Source: Candidatus Omnitrophota bacterium | GTDB taxonomy: Bacteria; Omnitrophota; Gorgyraeia; DTHP01 | Length of the DNA: 64,000 nucleotides | Assembly: GCA_023819145.1 (NCBI GenBank) | Contig: JAMWCW010000008.1 | Span: forward strand, 5,584-69,583 | Reading direction: 5' to 3' | Shown: one piece after another, positions 27,370 through 37,267 of the stretch | Position numbering within the stretch: position 1 is the first letter of the stretch | Layout: the number at the start of each line of letters is the position of its first letter | The notes under the pieces: generated by a model | The model's database searches: none | What the model was told of the DNA's origin: nothing | What the model saw: the letters and a program-made list of their open reading frames with translations, nothing else | Program-made: the position numbers and the translations under genes

Positions 27370-29226
27370 TTAATAATTTACCTCAAATATACGAAAAAAT
27401 CCCGATTCCATTTCTGTTTTATAGATTTCTTTAAAGCGGTTCGATTTAAGAAAAGTCCGCAGATTGGGTTTAAGTTCTTTTTCATAAGGACTGATGACAA
27501 TATGAGTGATTTTATATTTCTTGATGAAGGTTAAATCTGCGATACGATAAATCTCTTGTATATCTTTTTCTATCTCATCATATTTATATCCATGAGACCA
27601 GAGCCATCCCCGATAGCCCAAGATAATACTCCTTCCACTTAACATAGAAACAGGATGATTATGAGTATCTGAGGTTAAAATTAAAGCAGAAGGTGTTATG
27701 TTTTTTCTTACCCAAGAGGCAATCGCTTGTTCTTTCTTATTTGCCATTACAAAACTTATACGATTAAGGTAAATGTAGTCAATTACTCCAGAAAATACTG
27801 AAAAAAATAACAGGATAATTACTAAAAATAATCGGTCAGGTTTTTTCCAACGCGAGGTTTCTAAAATCTTTATCGGAGTAAAACTGGCAATAACACAACT
27901 TATGAAAAACCAATGCAGGAAATATTTAGCGTTGTCCCAGTCCAAGGGATGAACCATGATAAAGTTGGCCAAAAGAAAGATTATAAGAAAAGGTAGATAA
28001 AAAATAATCTCTTTTTTTCTTACCAGAAATAAACCTTTGATGAGTAGAAAGAAAATAAATCCGAAGTTATAAATCCAAAAAAGAAAAATGAGTATAGGAT
28101 TAGGTGAATTTAGCATCCAGCCCGGTTTGAGCCAAAAAGATTTATGTAAGGTGTTGCTAATGAGATAAAATACTTGAGGTAGACTTACGATAATCGCCGG
28201 AACGATAAAATAAATCCATTCTTTTCGGAGACGAAAGATGAAAAGAATTAAAGAAACAAAAATTAAAACTATAAAAGAAGAAGTATGGATCAATGGGAGA
28301 CAACCTAAAAGAAATCCTCCGAGGATAAGATTCTGTACGGAAATTCGCGGTTCGTTATTTTTAAAAAATTCTTTTAGAAGAATAAGATAGATAAATACGG
28401 AAATAGCCATTCCCCAGATAATTGTTCTCTGTGAAAGGAAAAGGACTGAAAGTGCATTTCCCCAGACAAGCCCTTTGGAATCAATTTTAGTATAGAAAGA
28501 TTGGGCAAAGAATATTTCTTTTGGCTCTTTTCCTAAAGCAAAGAGAAAACCAAAATTTCCATTAAGGAAGAGAAGAAGCAGACAAAATAACGCCGCAATT
28601 TCTGAATGGCTAAATTCTTTAGTAAAAAGAAAAATTATAGAAATAAGCCCAATTCCTAAGATTAGGTTAATAAAAACAATAGAATTTACATAACTTAAAC
28701 CCCCCTTATACATAATTGCTGAAAGAAAATCAGTGAGGAAGGGATAGATAAGTTTATGTTTTACGAGGAGAGGGTGGTTTAAGGTTAAAGGGGTTTTTTC
28801 CGAAAAATGCATCATATAAGTAAGATGGAGGGCATAATCTCCCCAGGCGGTAGACATTGCTCTTAAATTTCCTTGCGTATCAAACTTAAAGGTATTGAAA
28901 TTAACTAAAGAAAAGATTAAGCTGAAGAGGATAATGGTTAAAAGATAAGTTTTAGAGGGAAGAATTATTGAAGGAAATTTTTTCTTTTGAGCATATTTTA
29001 AAAGAGCCAGAGAGAAGAATACAGAAATTATAGTTACTACCAAAATTAATTTTATATTCAGTGAGCCAATAATCAGGGACAATATAAAGGTTATCCAAGT
29101 GGTAAGCGTAAAACCCAGAATTATCCCTAAAGTAAATTTTTCCTCAATCCGTGGGAATCCCCGAAAATATAAAGCAATACTTGTTCCTAAGAGAAAACTT
29201 GCTAAACAAAAAATTATCCCTATCAT
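27370..29226 (-). CDS. Multi-TM GT-C-type glycosyltransferase
   Basis: WGDYALH, YPFL, GYRGWLWSHG; more than 10 TM segments. Confidence 0.6.
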   Translation of the reverse strand: MIGIIFCLASFLLGTSIALYFRGFPRIEEKFTLGIILGFTLTTWITFILSLIIGSLNIKLILVVTIISVFFSLALLKYAQKKKFPSIILPSKTYLLTIILFSLIFSLVNFNTFKFDTQGNLRAMSTAWGDYALHLTYMMHFSEKTPLTLNHPLLVKHKLIYPFLTDFLSAIMYKGGLSYVNSIVFINLILGIGLISIIFLFTKEFSHSEIAALFCLLLLFLNGNFGFLFALGKEPKEIFFAQSFYTKIDSKGLVWGNALSVLFLSQRTIIWGMAISVFIYLILLKEFFKNNEPRISVQNLILGGFLLGCLPLIHTSSFIVLIFVSLILFIFRLRKEWIYFIVPAIIVSLPQVFYLISNTLHKSFWLKPGWMLNSPNPILIFLFWIYNFGFIFFLLIKGLFLVRKKEIIFYLPFLIIFLLANFIMVHPLDWDNAKYFLHWFFISCVIASFTPIKILETSRWKKPDRLFLVIILLFFSVFSGVIDYIYLNRISFVMANKKEQAIASWVRKNITPSALILTSDTHNHPVSMLSGRSIILGYRGWLWSHGYKYDEIEKDIQEIYRIADLTFIKKYKITHIVISPYEKELKPNLRTFLKSNRFKEIYKTEMESGFFRIFEVNY

Positions 29227-30726
29227 TTATATCCAACTCTTTATCCACATATAAAAATCAAATGTCTTCTGGCTTATGGGCAGACCATAGCTTAAAGGTG
29301 AAAAGATTAAGAAACAGCCAATTAATGTGAAAAATAGGGCTATTAACCAGTAGTGAGGAATTTTATAAATATTTCTTTTGGTTATAAAATAAAGATAAAT
29401 ACTGAATAAACTCCCCAGAATAATAAAAAAGCTTCCTAATAAAAAAGGAGTCTCTTGGGGAATATACCATAAATAAACGGCGCGGGAGATTAAAATAAGT
29501 AAAGGAAGCGCGGTAATTAAGGTAAATATACTTGGAAGTGGAGAGGGTATTTCTTCTATTGCTAGAAATTTATCTAAAATAACTGCGGTAGCAATTAACG
29601 CAAAGATAAGCGCCGTAAGATAATGATATAAAAATAAACAACGGGAAATAGACATAAAAGGGAGGAAGGAAATGATATAACCGCTTAAAATAATCTCTTT
29701 ACCTCTAAATTCAGCTAAATTCCTGAAAGGAAAGAATTTCTTAAGGAAGGTCAGAATAATAAGAGTAATTATCCCCAGTGTGGATAACCACCAGACAAAA
29801 GGGTTTCCTAAAAAGGTAATATTTTGCACGTGGTTACTTCCCAGAGAAGAATGCAAATAACTCACCGACCTTGCCATAAAAGGCCAGGTAAACCATTTGC
29901 TGGAATAGTGATGAGTTAGAGGGCGTGAATGGCTATAAAACATGCTTTTGTTTAATCCCATAACTTCTTTAAATCCTCCCGCATGATTTAATGTTTTGAA
30001 ATGGATGGAAATTGTAAAATAGTAAATGATTAAAGGAATAATTACAAAAGTAAGAAAATACATAATTATTTTTTTTGGTTTTTTCATTATTTTTAGACGC
30101 TCGGTGTAAAGAATTTCTATCAAAACTATCCCCAGACCAATTAAACCAATCCATTTAGTAGATATCGTAAAACCTCCACTCATCCCAGCGATAAAAAGCC
30201 AGCGTTTTCTTTTTCCATTTTCGCTTTTTAGAAAAGTATATATGGTAAAGATAATAAAAAAGATTAAAAATGGGTCAGGAGTAATAAACCGTGAATGGGT
30301 CAAAAAGGCGTTGTCAAAAAGAATAAATAAAGAAGCCAATAATCCTGCACGCGGAGATTGGGTAATTTTTTGTGTAAAAAGAAAAATAAGCGGTATTAAT
30401 AAAGCACCAAACAATGCAGGAACAAGTCTTAAAACAAAAAGAGGGGTCTCTTTGGGATATGCTGAACCAATATGCTCAAAACTTGTTTTTGGATCTAAAC
30501 TAAATAATTTTGCTAAACCTGCCATAAAGAGTTTAGCCAAAGGAGGATGGTCATCAAAAAAATATTCCCGCTTTAGATAACTTGAGATATATTTCCCATA
30601 GTGCACTTCATCAAAGACGACTTTATTGACAGAACTTAAATTAATTAAGCGGGTGAGTAAAGAGAGTAGGGTAAGAAAGAGGAGAATCTTAGAACGGTGC
30701 TGCTTAAATAAATTATTGTTTTGCAT
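29227..30726 (-). CDS. Protein O-mannosyltransferase (PMT family)
   Basis: VVFDEVHYGK, FFDDHPPLAK, LGNP, FLYHY PMT motifs. Confidence 0.85.
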   Translation of the reverse strand: MQNNNLFKQHRSKILLFLTLLSLLTRLINLSSVNKVVFDEVHYGKYISSYLKREYFFDDHPPLAKLFMAGLAKLFSLDPKTSFEHIGSAYPKETPLFVLRLVPALFGALLIPLIFLFTQKITQSPRAGLLASLFILFDNAFLTHSRFITPDPFLIFFIIFTIYTFLKSENGKRKRWLFIAGMSGGFTISTKWIGLIGLGIVLIEILYTERLKIMKKPKKIIMYFLTFVIIPLIIYYFTISIHFKTLNHAGGFKEVMGLNKSMFYSHSRPLTHHYSSKWFTWPFMARSVSYLHSSLGSNHVQNITFLGNPFVWWLSTLGIITLIILTFLKKFFPFRNLAEFRGKEIILSGYIISFLPFMSISRCLFLYHYLTALIFALIATAVILDKFLAIEEIPSPLPSIFTLITALPLLILISRAVYLWYIPQETPFLLGSFFIILGSLFSIYLYFITKRNIYKIPHYWLIALFFTLIGCFLIFSPLSYGLPISQKTFDFYMWIKSWI

Positions 30727-30844
30727 TCGTTTTTAATATAAAATAAAGAACATAAAATGTCAATTTTATTTTAAATGATAAACAATGTTCTAATTTTTTA
30801 GAACACTTGTTTTAAACAGTTTTAAATTAGTTAAGATTTATTAA

Positions 30845-31540
30845 ATGATAAGAAACATTTCGGTTTTTTTCCCTGCTTATAATGAAGAAAAAAATATCGA
30901 AAAGGTAGTTTTATCTACTTTAGATTTTTTAAAAGAAATTACTTCCGATTATGAGATAATTATTGTTAACGATGGGAGCAAAGATAGAACAGGAGAAATT
31001 GCAGAAGATTTATCTAAAAAAAATCCACAGGTTAAAGTGGTCCATCACTCTAAAAATTTAGGTTATGGCTCGGCACTTACTTCTGGATTTAGAAATTCTA
31101 CCAAAGATTTGGTTTTCTTCATGGATAGTGATAACCAATTTGATATCAAAGAAATAAGAAATTTATTGCCTCTTTTAGAGAGCTTTGATGTAGTGGTGGG
31201 TTATCGGCTAAGAAGAAAGGACTCTTTTCATCGTAAATTGAATGCCTGGCTTTTTAATCTATTGGTAAATATCTTGTTTTGTTTAGGAATAGAAGATGTG
31301 GATTGCGGGTTTAAGTTATTTAAAAAAGAAGCAGTAGAAAATATAAAATTGGAATCAAAAGGAGCTTTAATCTCAACAGAATTATTGGTGAAAATTAAAA
31401 AAAGGGGTTTTAGAATAAAGCAAGTAGGAGTGCACCATTATCCACGGATGCACGGGAAACAAACCGGTACAAACTTTAAGGTGATTTTAAGGTTTTTTAA
31501 GGAATTGATTAAGATGGGATGGAAACTAAGATTTAGTTAA
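30845..31540 (+). CDS. GT2 polyprenyl-phosphate glycosyltransferase
   Basis: PAYNEE, VNDGSKD, MDSDNQF, DVDCGFK. Confidence 0.85.
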   Translation: MIRNISVFFPAYNEEKNIEKVVLSTLDFLKEITSDYEIIIVNDGSKDRTGEIAEDLSKKNPQVKVVHHSKNLGYGSALTSGFRNSTKDLVFFMDSDNQFDIKEIRNLLPLLESFDVVVGYRLRRKDSFHRKLNAWLFNLLVNILFCLGIEDVDCGFKLFKKEAVENIKLESKGALISTELLVKIKKRGFRIKQVGVHHYPRMHGKQTGTNFKVILRFFKELIKMGWKLRFS

Positions 31541-31571
31541 ATAGTTAAGTTGAATAGTTAAATGGTTAAAT
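31534..31571 (+). repeat. Half copy of the 8-nt-period element
   Basis: TAGTTAAA TAGTTAAG .. TAGTTAAA TGGTTAAA. Confidence 0.5.
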
Positions 31572-31585
31572 GAAGGGAGAGGGGT

Positions 31586-31930
31586 ATGAAGCCATTCTTT
31601 CTTATTTTAATATCGGTGATTTTAGGAGTAATTGGGCAAGTATTCTTGAAAAAAGGAATGATTGGATTTAAGGGAGAATTTTCTACGCTATTAATTCATA
31701 TTATGCAGAATCCTTTTATTATTCTTGGCTTTTTCTTTTATCTTTTAAGCAGTCTTATCTGGTTAGTGATTCTTTCTAGGGTCGATTTAAGTTACGCATA
31801 TCCTATGTTAAGCTTGGGTTACATTGTGATTGTTTTTCTCTCCTGGTTAATTTTTAAGGAAAATATTACCTTTTGGCGCTGGGCGGGGGTAGTTTTAATT
31901 TCTTTTGGCATAGGTTTATTGCAGAAATAA
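31586..31930 (+). CDS. SMR/EamA-like (ArnE/F-type) lipid-sugar flippase
   Basis: GQVFLKKG, LSYAYP, 4 TM segments. Confidence 0.75.
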   Translation: MKPFFLILISVILGVIGQVFLKKGMIGFKGEFSTLLIHIMQNPFIILGFFFYLLSSLIWLVILSRVDLSYAYPMLSLGYIVIVFLSWLIFKENITFWRWAGVVLISFGIGLLQK

Positions 31931-31975
31931 GTTTAATTAGCTTCTATATCTTAGGTATGGTATAATAACTTTGCT

Positions 31976-33943
31976 ATGAAAAAATTTATAATCTTTAGCA
32001 TCTTTCTCCTGATTATTAATTTAAATCTCCTCTTTGCTGAAGGAGAAGTTTCTTCTTTACTTATAGCCCGTGAAAAAGATTATCAAGTAGAGAGATTAAG
32101 AAAATGGCTCGGAAATAACTTCCCTGAAATAGAAATAAAGCTACTTGATTTTGATGCAAAAGAAGCAAAGGAAATTTTATCCTTTTTAAAATTAGATTTT
32201 ATTCCTGCAGTAGTTTTTGAAAATCCTTCTTTATCCGAGGAGACGATAAAGAAGTTTCGAATTATCACCGAGGAAAACTATGCATACATTCCTCGCGAAG
32301 TCCTTAGGAGAATAGTAAGTTTGGAATTATATAAGCGGGAACTTATTCCCAATAGGTTAGAGATTTTCAGTATGAGTTTCTGCCCTTACAGTAATAGGGC
32401 AGAGAAGCGTTTAATTAATTATTTAAAAATCAGTAAATTAAATAATATAGATTTTAAAATTCACTATCTGGTGAATCTTAAAGAAGGTAAATTGGATGCT
32501 CTTCATGGTTTGAGAGAATTGAATGAGAACCGGAGAAGAGTAGTCATACAAAAATACTGGCCGAATAAGCTCTTTGATTATCTTTTATTACGTGATAAAT
32601 ATTCTTATCGACAAGCAATTAGAACCTTGGGAATAGGTTACGCTGAGCTAAAGGAAAAGTTGGTTGAGGCAGATAAGCTTTTACTCCAAGATTATCAATA
32701 CGCAAAGGAGTTAAATATTCATGCTTCTCCCACTTTTTTATGGCAGAATAAGTTTTTAATTTCCAGCCTTGAACAACTGACGATGTTCTCTCCTTTTGAC
32801 AAAGAGCACAAAATAGAAGAGCCAAACGCGGTGGTTGAAAAGAACATAAAAATACTTATGTTTTTTTCTCCCAAATGTCATGCCTGCCATAAGGTAAAGG
32901 AGGAATTTCTACCGGAAATTATCACCAAATACAAAAATTTGGTGGAAATAGTTTATTATAATATAGAAGAACCACAGAATTTTAGTTATTTAATGGAATT
33001 AGAAGAAAAATACGGTATTCTTGAGTCGGGGTCTATTCCCAAGATTTTTGTTGGTAATAACGTTCTAGTTGGAGCAGGTCAGATAAGGGAAAGTTTAGAA
33101 AAGATTATTCTCAAAGTTTCTGGAGAAAAGATGGTTTCTGTAACCAAGGAAAAGACAGATGAGAAAATTCCTGAAAGAATTATTAATCTCTTTAAAACCT
33201 TTACCTTTGGGACAATCATTTGGGCAGGATTAATTGACGGGATTAATCCTTGTGCCTTTACTACTTTAGTCTTTTTTCTATCATTCTTAAGTTTTGCGGG
33301 TTATCGTAAAAGAGAAGTTTTTTATCTGGGAACATTCTTTATTTTAAGCATCTTCTTAACTTATTTTTTTCTGGGCTTAGGAATTTTTAAATTCATTACG
33401 CAACTAAAAATATATCATACCTTAGTAGAAATCTTCTATATGCTAGTAGGCATCTTGGTAATCATCCTTGCTTTGATTAATTTCCTTGAATTCTTCCGTT
33501 ATAGAAAGACAAAAAATCTTGAAGATATAAAATTGAAACTTCCTCACGCTATTAAATGGCGAATTCAATCAATTATTGGAAGAGGATATAGAAAAGAAAA
33601 AGGCACAGAAGAAAAACCAATAGGTATATTGAGACTTGTCTTATTAAGTTTAGTGATTGGTTTTATCGTCTCTATTCTGGAATCAGTTTGCACGGGGCAA
33701 GTGTATTTGCCGACGATAACTTTTATTACTAAAGTTTCTGAGTTTAGAGTAAGAGCAATGCTTTATCTCTTTATTTATAATCTAATGTTTATTTTGCCGC
33801 TGGTAGTTATCTTTGTATTAGTGCTCTATGGACTGACTTCGGAGCGTTTTGCTAAGTTTGCTCAGCGGCATTTGGCAAAGATAAAATTACTTACAGCAAT
33901 ATTTTTCCTTGGTCTGTTTGTTTTACTCTGGAAATTGAGGTAA
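31976..33943 (+). CDS. Thioredoxin-fold domains fused to a CcdA/DsbD-like membrane domain
   Basis: Signal peptide; CPYS and CHAC motifs; DGINPCA and ESVCTGQVY membrane cysteines. Confidence 0.75.
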   Translation: MKKFIIFSIFLLIINLNLLFAEGEVSSLLIAREKDYQVERLRKWLGNNFPEIEIKLLDFDAKEAKEILSFLKLDFIPAVVFENPSLSEETIKKFRIITEENYAYIPREVLRRIVSLELYKRELIPNRLEIFSMSFCPYSNRAEKRLINYLKISKLNNIDFKIHYLVNLKEGKLDALHGLRELNENRRRVVIQKYWPNKLFDYLLLRDKYSYRQAIRTLGIGYAELKEKLVEADKLLLQDYQYAKELNIHASPTFLWQNKFLISSLEQLTMFSPFDKEHKIEEPNAVVEKNIKILMFFSPKCHACHKVKEEFLPEIITKYKNLVEIVYYNIEEPQNFSYLMELEEKYGILESGSIPKIFVGNNVLVGAGQIRESLEKIILKVSGEKMVSVTKEKTDEKIPERIINLFKTFTFGTIIWAGLIDGINPCAFTTLVFFLSFLSFAGYRKREVFYLGTFFILSIFLTYFFLGLGIFKFITQLKIYHTLVEIFYMLVGILVIILALINFLEFFRYRKTKNLEDIKLKLPHAIKWRIQSIIGRGYRKEKGTEEKPIGILRLVLLSLVIGFIVSILESVCTGQVYLPTITFITKVSEFRVRAMLYLFIYNLMFILPLVVIFVLVLYGLTSERFAKFAQRHLAKIKLLTAIFFLGLFVLLWKLR

Positions 33944-33946
33944 GCT

Positions 33947-35164
33947 ATGCCTAAATTTGTTTATAAAGCAAAAGAAGAACCAGAGAAAATAGTGGAAGGG
34001 ACAATAGAGGCAGAGAGTCGTGAACAGGTGATAGACCGTCTTCAGACAATGGGCTATTATCCCCTAAGCATCGTCGAAGATAGTGTTTTGAAAGAGGGAG
34101 AAAAATTTTCTTTACTCCGTGAAGAAGGGAAAGTGAAGCGTAGCGAATTAACTTTATTTACCCGTCAACTTTCCGACCTTATTGATTCGGGTATTACGCT
34201 AATCAGAGCTTTAAATCTTATTGAAGAACAGACTCCGGGTGTGATGATGCGCCAGTTAATTTCTTCCCTTGCAAAAGAGATAAAAGATGGTAAAAGACTT
34301 TCCGAATCACTTACAAAGTTTCCGCAGGTTTTCTCTCGGCTCTATGTGGCTTTAGTAAAGGCAGGAGAAGTGGGGGGTATGTTGGATGACGTTCTTTTGG
34401 GTTTAGCGGAATATTTAGAGAAAGAAGAAGAATTAAAAGCAAAGGTGCGGAGTGCACTTGCCTATCCTATACTCATGGCATGTGTGGGAGTGGCAACAGT
34501 TTTTATTCTCATGAGTTTTGTTATTCCTCGGCTTGCGGGGATGTTTAAAGATTTAGGACAAAGTCTACCGCTTCCTACTTTAATGCTGATTAGAATGAGT
34601 GATTTTTTGAAAGATTTCTGGTGGCTTATTCTATCCTTTCTTGCCTTTTTATATTTTGTTGTTCAACGGCGTGCACATACTCCGGAAGGAGGAATTATCC
34701 TTGACCGGTTAAAATTAAAAATTCCTCTTTTTGGAGAATTAATCAAGAAGTCGGAAGTTGCGCGCTTCTGTCGCACCCTTTCTACACTTCTAAAGAACGG
34801 TGTTCCTATTCTGGGAGCTTTGGATACTGTTATCCCCGTAATTGGGAACAGGGTAATTAAGAAAGAGATTGAGAAGATGTATAACGATGTGCGCGATGGG
34901 ATTAGCCTTTCTAAAACGATAACCAAGAGTCCATATTTTCCTCCTTTGGTTTCTAATATGATTGCGGTGGGCGAGGAAGGTGGCGTGTTAGAGAATTCGC
35001 TGATGAAAGTGGCAGAGTCCTTTGAGCGAGAAGTAGAGAGAGTGGTTAAGGTGATTACTTCTTTAATTGAACCGGCGTTAATTTTGGTAATGGGAACCGT
35101 TGTGGGCTTTATTGTAATTTCTATGCTTTTACCGATATTTCAGTTAAATCTTGTGTCATGGTAA
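33947..35164 (+). CDS. gspF: Type II secretion platform protein GspF/PilC
   Basis: FTRQL, AGEVGG, ALAYP, VGEEGG, LIEP. Confidence 0.95.
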   Translation: MPKFVYKAKEEPEKIVEGTIEAESREQVIDRLQTMGYYPLSIVEDSVLKEGEKFSLLREEGKVKRSELTLFTRQLSDLIDSGITLIRALNLIEEQTPGVMMRQLISSLAKEIKDGKRLSESLTKFPQVFSRLYVALVKAGEVGGMLDDVLLGLAEYLEKEEELKAKVRSALAYPILMACVGVATVFILMSFVIPRLAGMFKDLGQSLPLPTLMLIRMSDFLKDFWWLILSFLAFLYFVVQRRAHTPEGGIILDRLKLKIPLFGELIKKSEVARFCRTLSTLLKNGVPILGALDTVIPVIGNRVIKKEIEKMYNDVRDGISLSKTITKSPYFPPLVSNMIAVGEEGGVLENSLMKVAESFEREVERVVKVITSLIEPALILVMGTVVGFIVISMLLPIFQLNLVSW

Positions 35165-35181
35165 AAGGGAGGTGATTTGGA

Positions 35182-35640
35182 ATGAGGAAAGGATTTACTT
35201 TGGTGGAATTGATGTTGGTAGTGATTATTTTGGGTATTTTGGTAGGGATGGTGGTGCCGCGTTTAGTGGGGCGCTCTGAAGAGGCAAGGAAGGCGGCAGC
35301 AAGAGCAGACATCCATGGAAGCATTGCCACCGCCTTAGATATGTTTGAGATGGATGTGGGAAGTTATCCTCAAAGCATTGACGAATTGTGCAAGATGCCC
35401 ACTGATGAAATAAGAGGAAAACGTTGGAAAGGGCCTTATCTTAAGAAGTGCGTTGAGGAGGAAGGTGGCGAATTAATTATCCGTGACCCATGGGGCAATC
35501 CTTATCAATACGCACCCCCTAGTCAGCAGGAGAAAAGAGAAATTTATAAACTATGGTCATGGGGTCCCGACGGTAATGATGAGCAAGGCGAAGGCGATGA
35601 TATTGCGAGTTGGAAGGAAAAAGAGAAAGGGCTTGAATAA
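35182..35640 (+). CDS. gspG: Major pseudopilin GspG
   Basis: G|FTLVE prepilin site, WKGPYL, DPWGNPY, GDDI. Confidence 0.95.
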   Translation: MRKGFTLVELMLVVIILGILVGMVVPRLVGRSEEARKAAARADIHGSIATALDMFEMDVGSYPQSIDELCKMPTDEIRGKRWKGPYLKKCVEEEGGELIIRDPWGNPYQYAPPSQQEKREIYKLWSWGPDGNDEQGEGDDIASWKEKEKGLE

Positions 35641-35690
35641 GCAGAGAAAAAATTTTTTACACGAGGTAAGTCTAACTTAATTTATCAATT

Positions 35691-36200
35691 TTGGTGAAAA
35701 ATTTTATAAAGAGAGAGGGTTTTACCTTTATAGAATTATTCTCAATAATTTTGTTAATTACGTTTTTGGTAACGATTGCTATTCCCCGCTTTCGTTCCAC
35801 TTTTAGCACTTTAGAATTGGCCAATTTTTCTAAAAAAATCTCGACATTGTTGCGTTTTGCTCAGAGTAAAGCGATTGCCGAAGGAGTAGAAATTTATTTT
35901 TTAAAAGAGAAAAATTTATTATTTCTTACTAAAGATCCACCGCAAAATACCTCAGGAGGAAGAGAAATTTTAGAGGGAAGGTTTTCTTTGACTATTCCCC
36001 AAGCTATAAAAGTTATTTTTTCAGGAGCAAGAGAATTTGTTTTTCGTCATGATGGCAGTATCGATTTTATTGAACGCGACAAAGAATCCTCACAGTCACC
36101 CAAAATAATTGTTTCTAACGAAAGAACTAAATTCCAAATTATTCCCCAAGGAGTTATTGGAAGGATAACTTTAGAAGAAGTGTATGAAGTGTATGAATAG
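35691..36200 (+). CDS. Minor pseudopilin GspH-like
   Basis: GFTFIEL prepilin motif; position in operon. Confidence 0.7.
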   Translation: MVKNFIKREGFTFIELFSIILLITFLVTIAIPRFRSTFSTLELANFSKKISTLLRFAQSKAIAEGVEIYFLKEKNLLFLTKDPPQNTSGGREILEGRFSLTIPQAIKVIFSGAREFVFRHDGSIDFIERDKESSQSPKIIVSNERTKFQIIPQGVIGRITLEEVYEVYE

Positions 36201-36594
36201 ACTAGGTTATATATTAGTGGAGACATTAATTACGGTAGTTGTTCTTGCGGTGGGTTTGACTTTGGCGATGAATGCTTTGGGTTCAGAAATTCATGCCCTG
36301 CGTATTTCCAAGAATTACACCCATGCCAGTTTCCTTTTAGAAGAAAAGCTTGCGGAGATAGAGAAAAAGGGTGAAATTGATATAGTTAACGAATGGAAAG
36401 AGGGCGAGGTTTCTGGCGGATTCAGTGGGGATTATGAAAATTTTAGATGGATAGCAAAAGTTGAGGTTATATATGATAAAGAAGGTAAACCTACCAATTT
36501 AGTACAGGTAGCGGTTACTGTAATCTGGAGGGAGGTTTTTAGAGAACGGGAGCTGACTGTAGTAACCATTATGCCAAAGAAAATTACTTCTTGA
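36184..36594 (+). CDS. Minor pseudopilin GspI-like
   Basis: GYILVE prepilin motif; VTVIW. Confidence 0.7.
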   Translation: MKCMNRLGYILVETLITVVVLAVGLTLAMNALGSEIHALRISKNYTHASFLLEEKLAEIEKKGEIDIVNEWKEGEVSGGFSGDYENFRWIAKVEVIYDKEGKPTNLVQVAVTVIWREVFRERELTVVTIMPKKITS

Positions 36595-36598
36595 TTCC

Positions 36599-37267
36599 AT
36601 GAGAAAAGGTTTTACTTTTATAGAATTACTTTTAGCAATAAGTATTTTTGCTGTAGTTAGTGTTATGCTTTATTCGGTTTTTAATATGGGCATTACTGCC
36701 TGGAGGAAGATGGAGGCAATTTTAGAACGCTATCAGGAGTTAAGATTGCTTACGGACAGAATGGGACAAGAGTTGCGCAACGCTTTGGATTTAGATTTAA
36801 AAGAATCTTTTGATACAAGTGTAGAAACTTATGATTTCCAAGGGGTGTCCAATAAAATTATTTTTTACACACTGAAGAATGGAGAGATAAGACGTCTAAT
36901 TTATAGCATAGAACAAGACACAGAAAAGAGCAAGGAGTTAGAAAGAGATATTTTTTTAATTAAACGTGATGAAAAACCGTTCATTCCCTTACCTTTTAAA
37001 GAAGATGATTTTCAGGGAGAGGTTGTATTTGATTTAGTTAAAGAGTTAACGTTTTCTTATTTGGAAAGGAAAAGCGATACTGAAGAAAACTGGTTCAGTA
37101 ATTGGGGTGAGACTGACTTGCAAAAGAATAATTTACCTACTCAGGTAAAGATAAAAATTGTGTTTTTTATTCCTCAATTGGTCCCCATAAGTAGAAAAGT
37201 TGACTATCAGGAGATTAGCATAGAAAAATATGTGGATATCGTTAGCGCAAAAAGAGTGTTGCCGTAA
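36599..37267 (+). CDS. Minor pseudopilin GspJ-like
   Basis: GFTFIELL; LP.QVKI C-terminal motif. Confidence 0.75.
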   Translation: MRKGFTFIELLLAISIFAVVSVMLYSVFNMGITAWRKMEAILERYQELRLLTDRMGQELRNALDLDLKESFDTSVETYDFQGVSNKIIFYTLKNGEIRRLIYSIEQDTEKSKELERDIFLIKRDEKPFIPLPFKEDDFQGEVVFDLVKELTFSYLERKSDTEENWFSNWGETDLQKNNLPTQVKIKIVFFIPQLVPISRKVDYQEISIEKYVDIVSAKRVLP

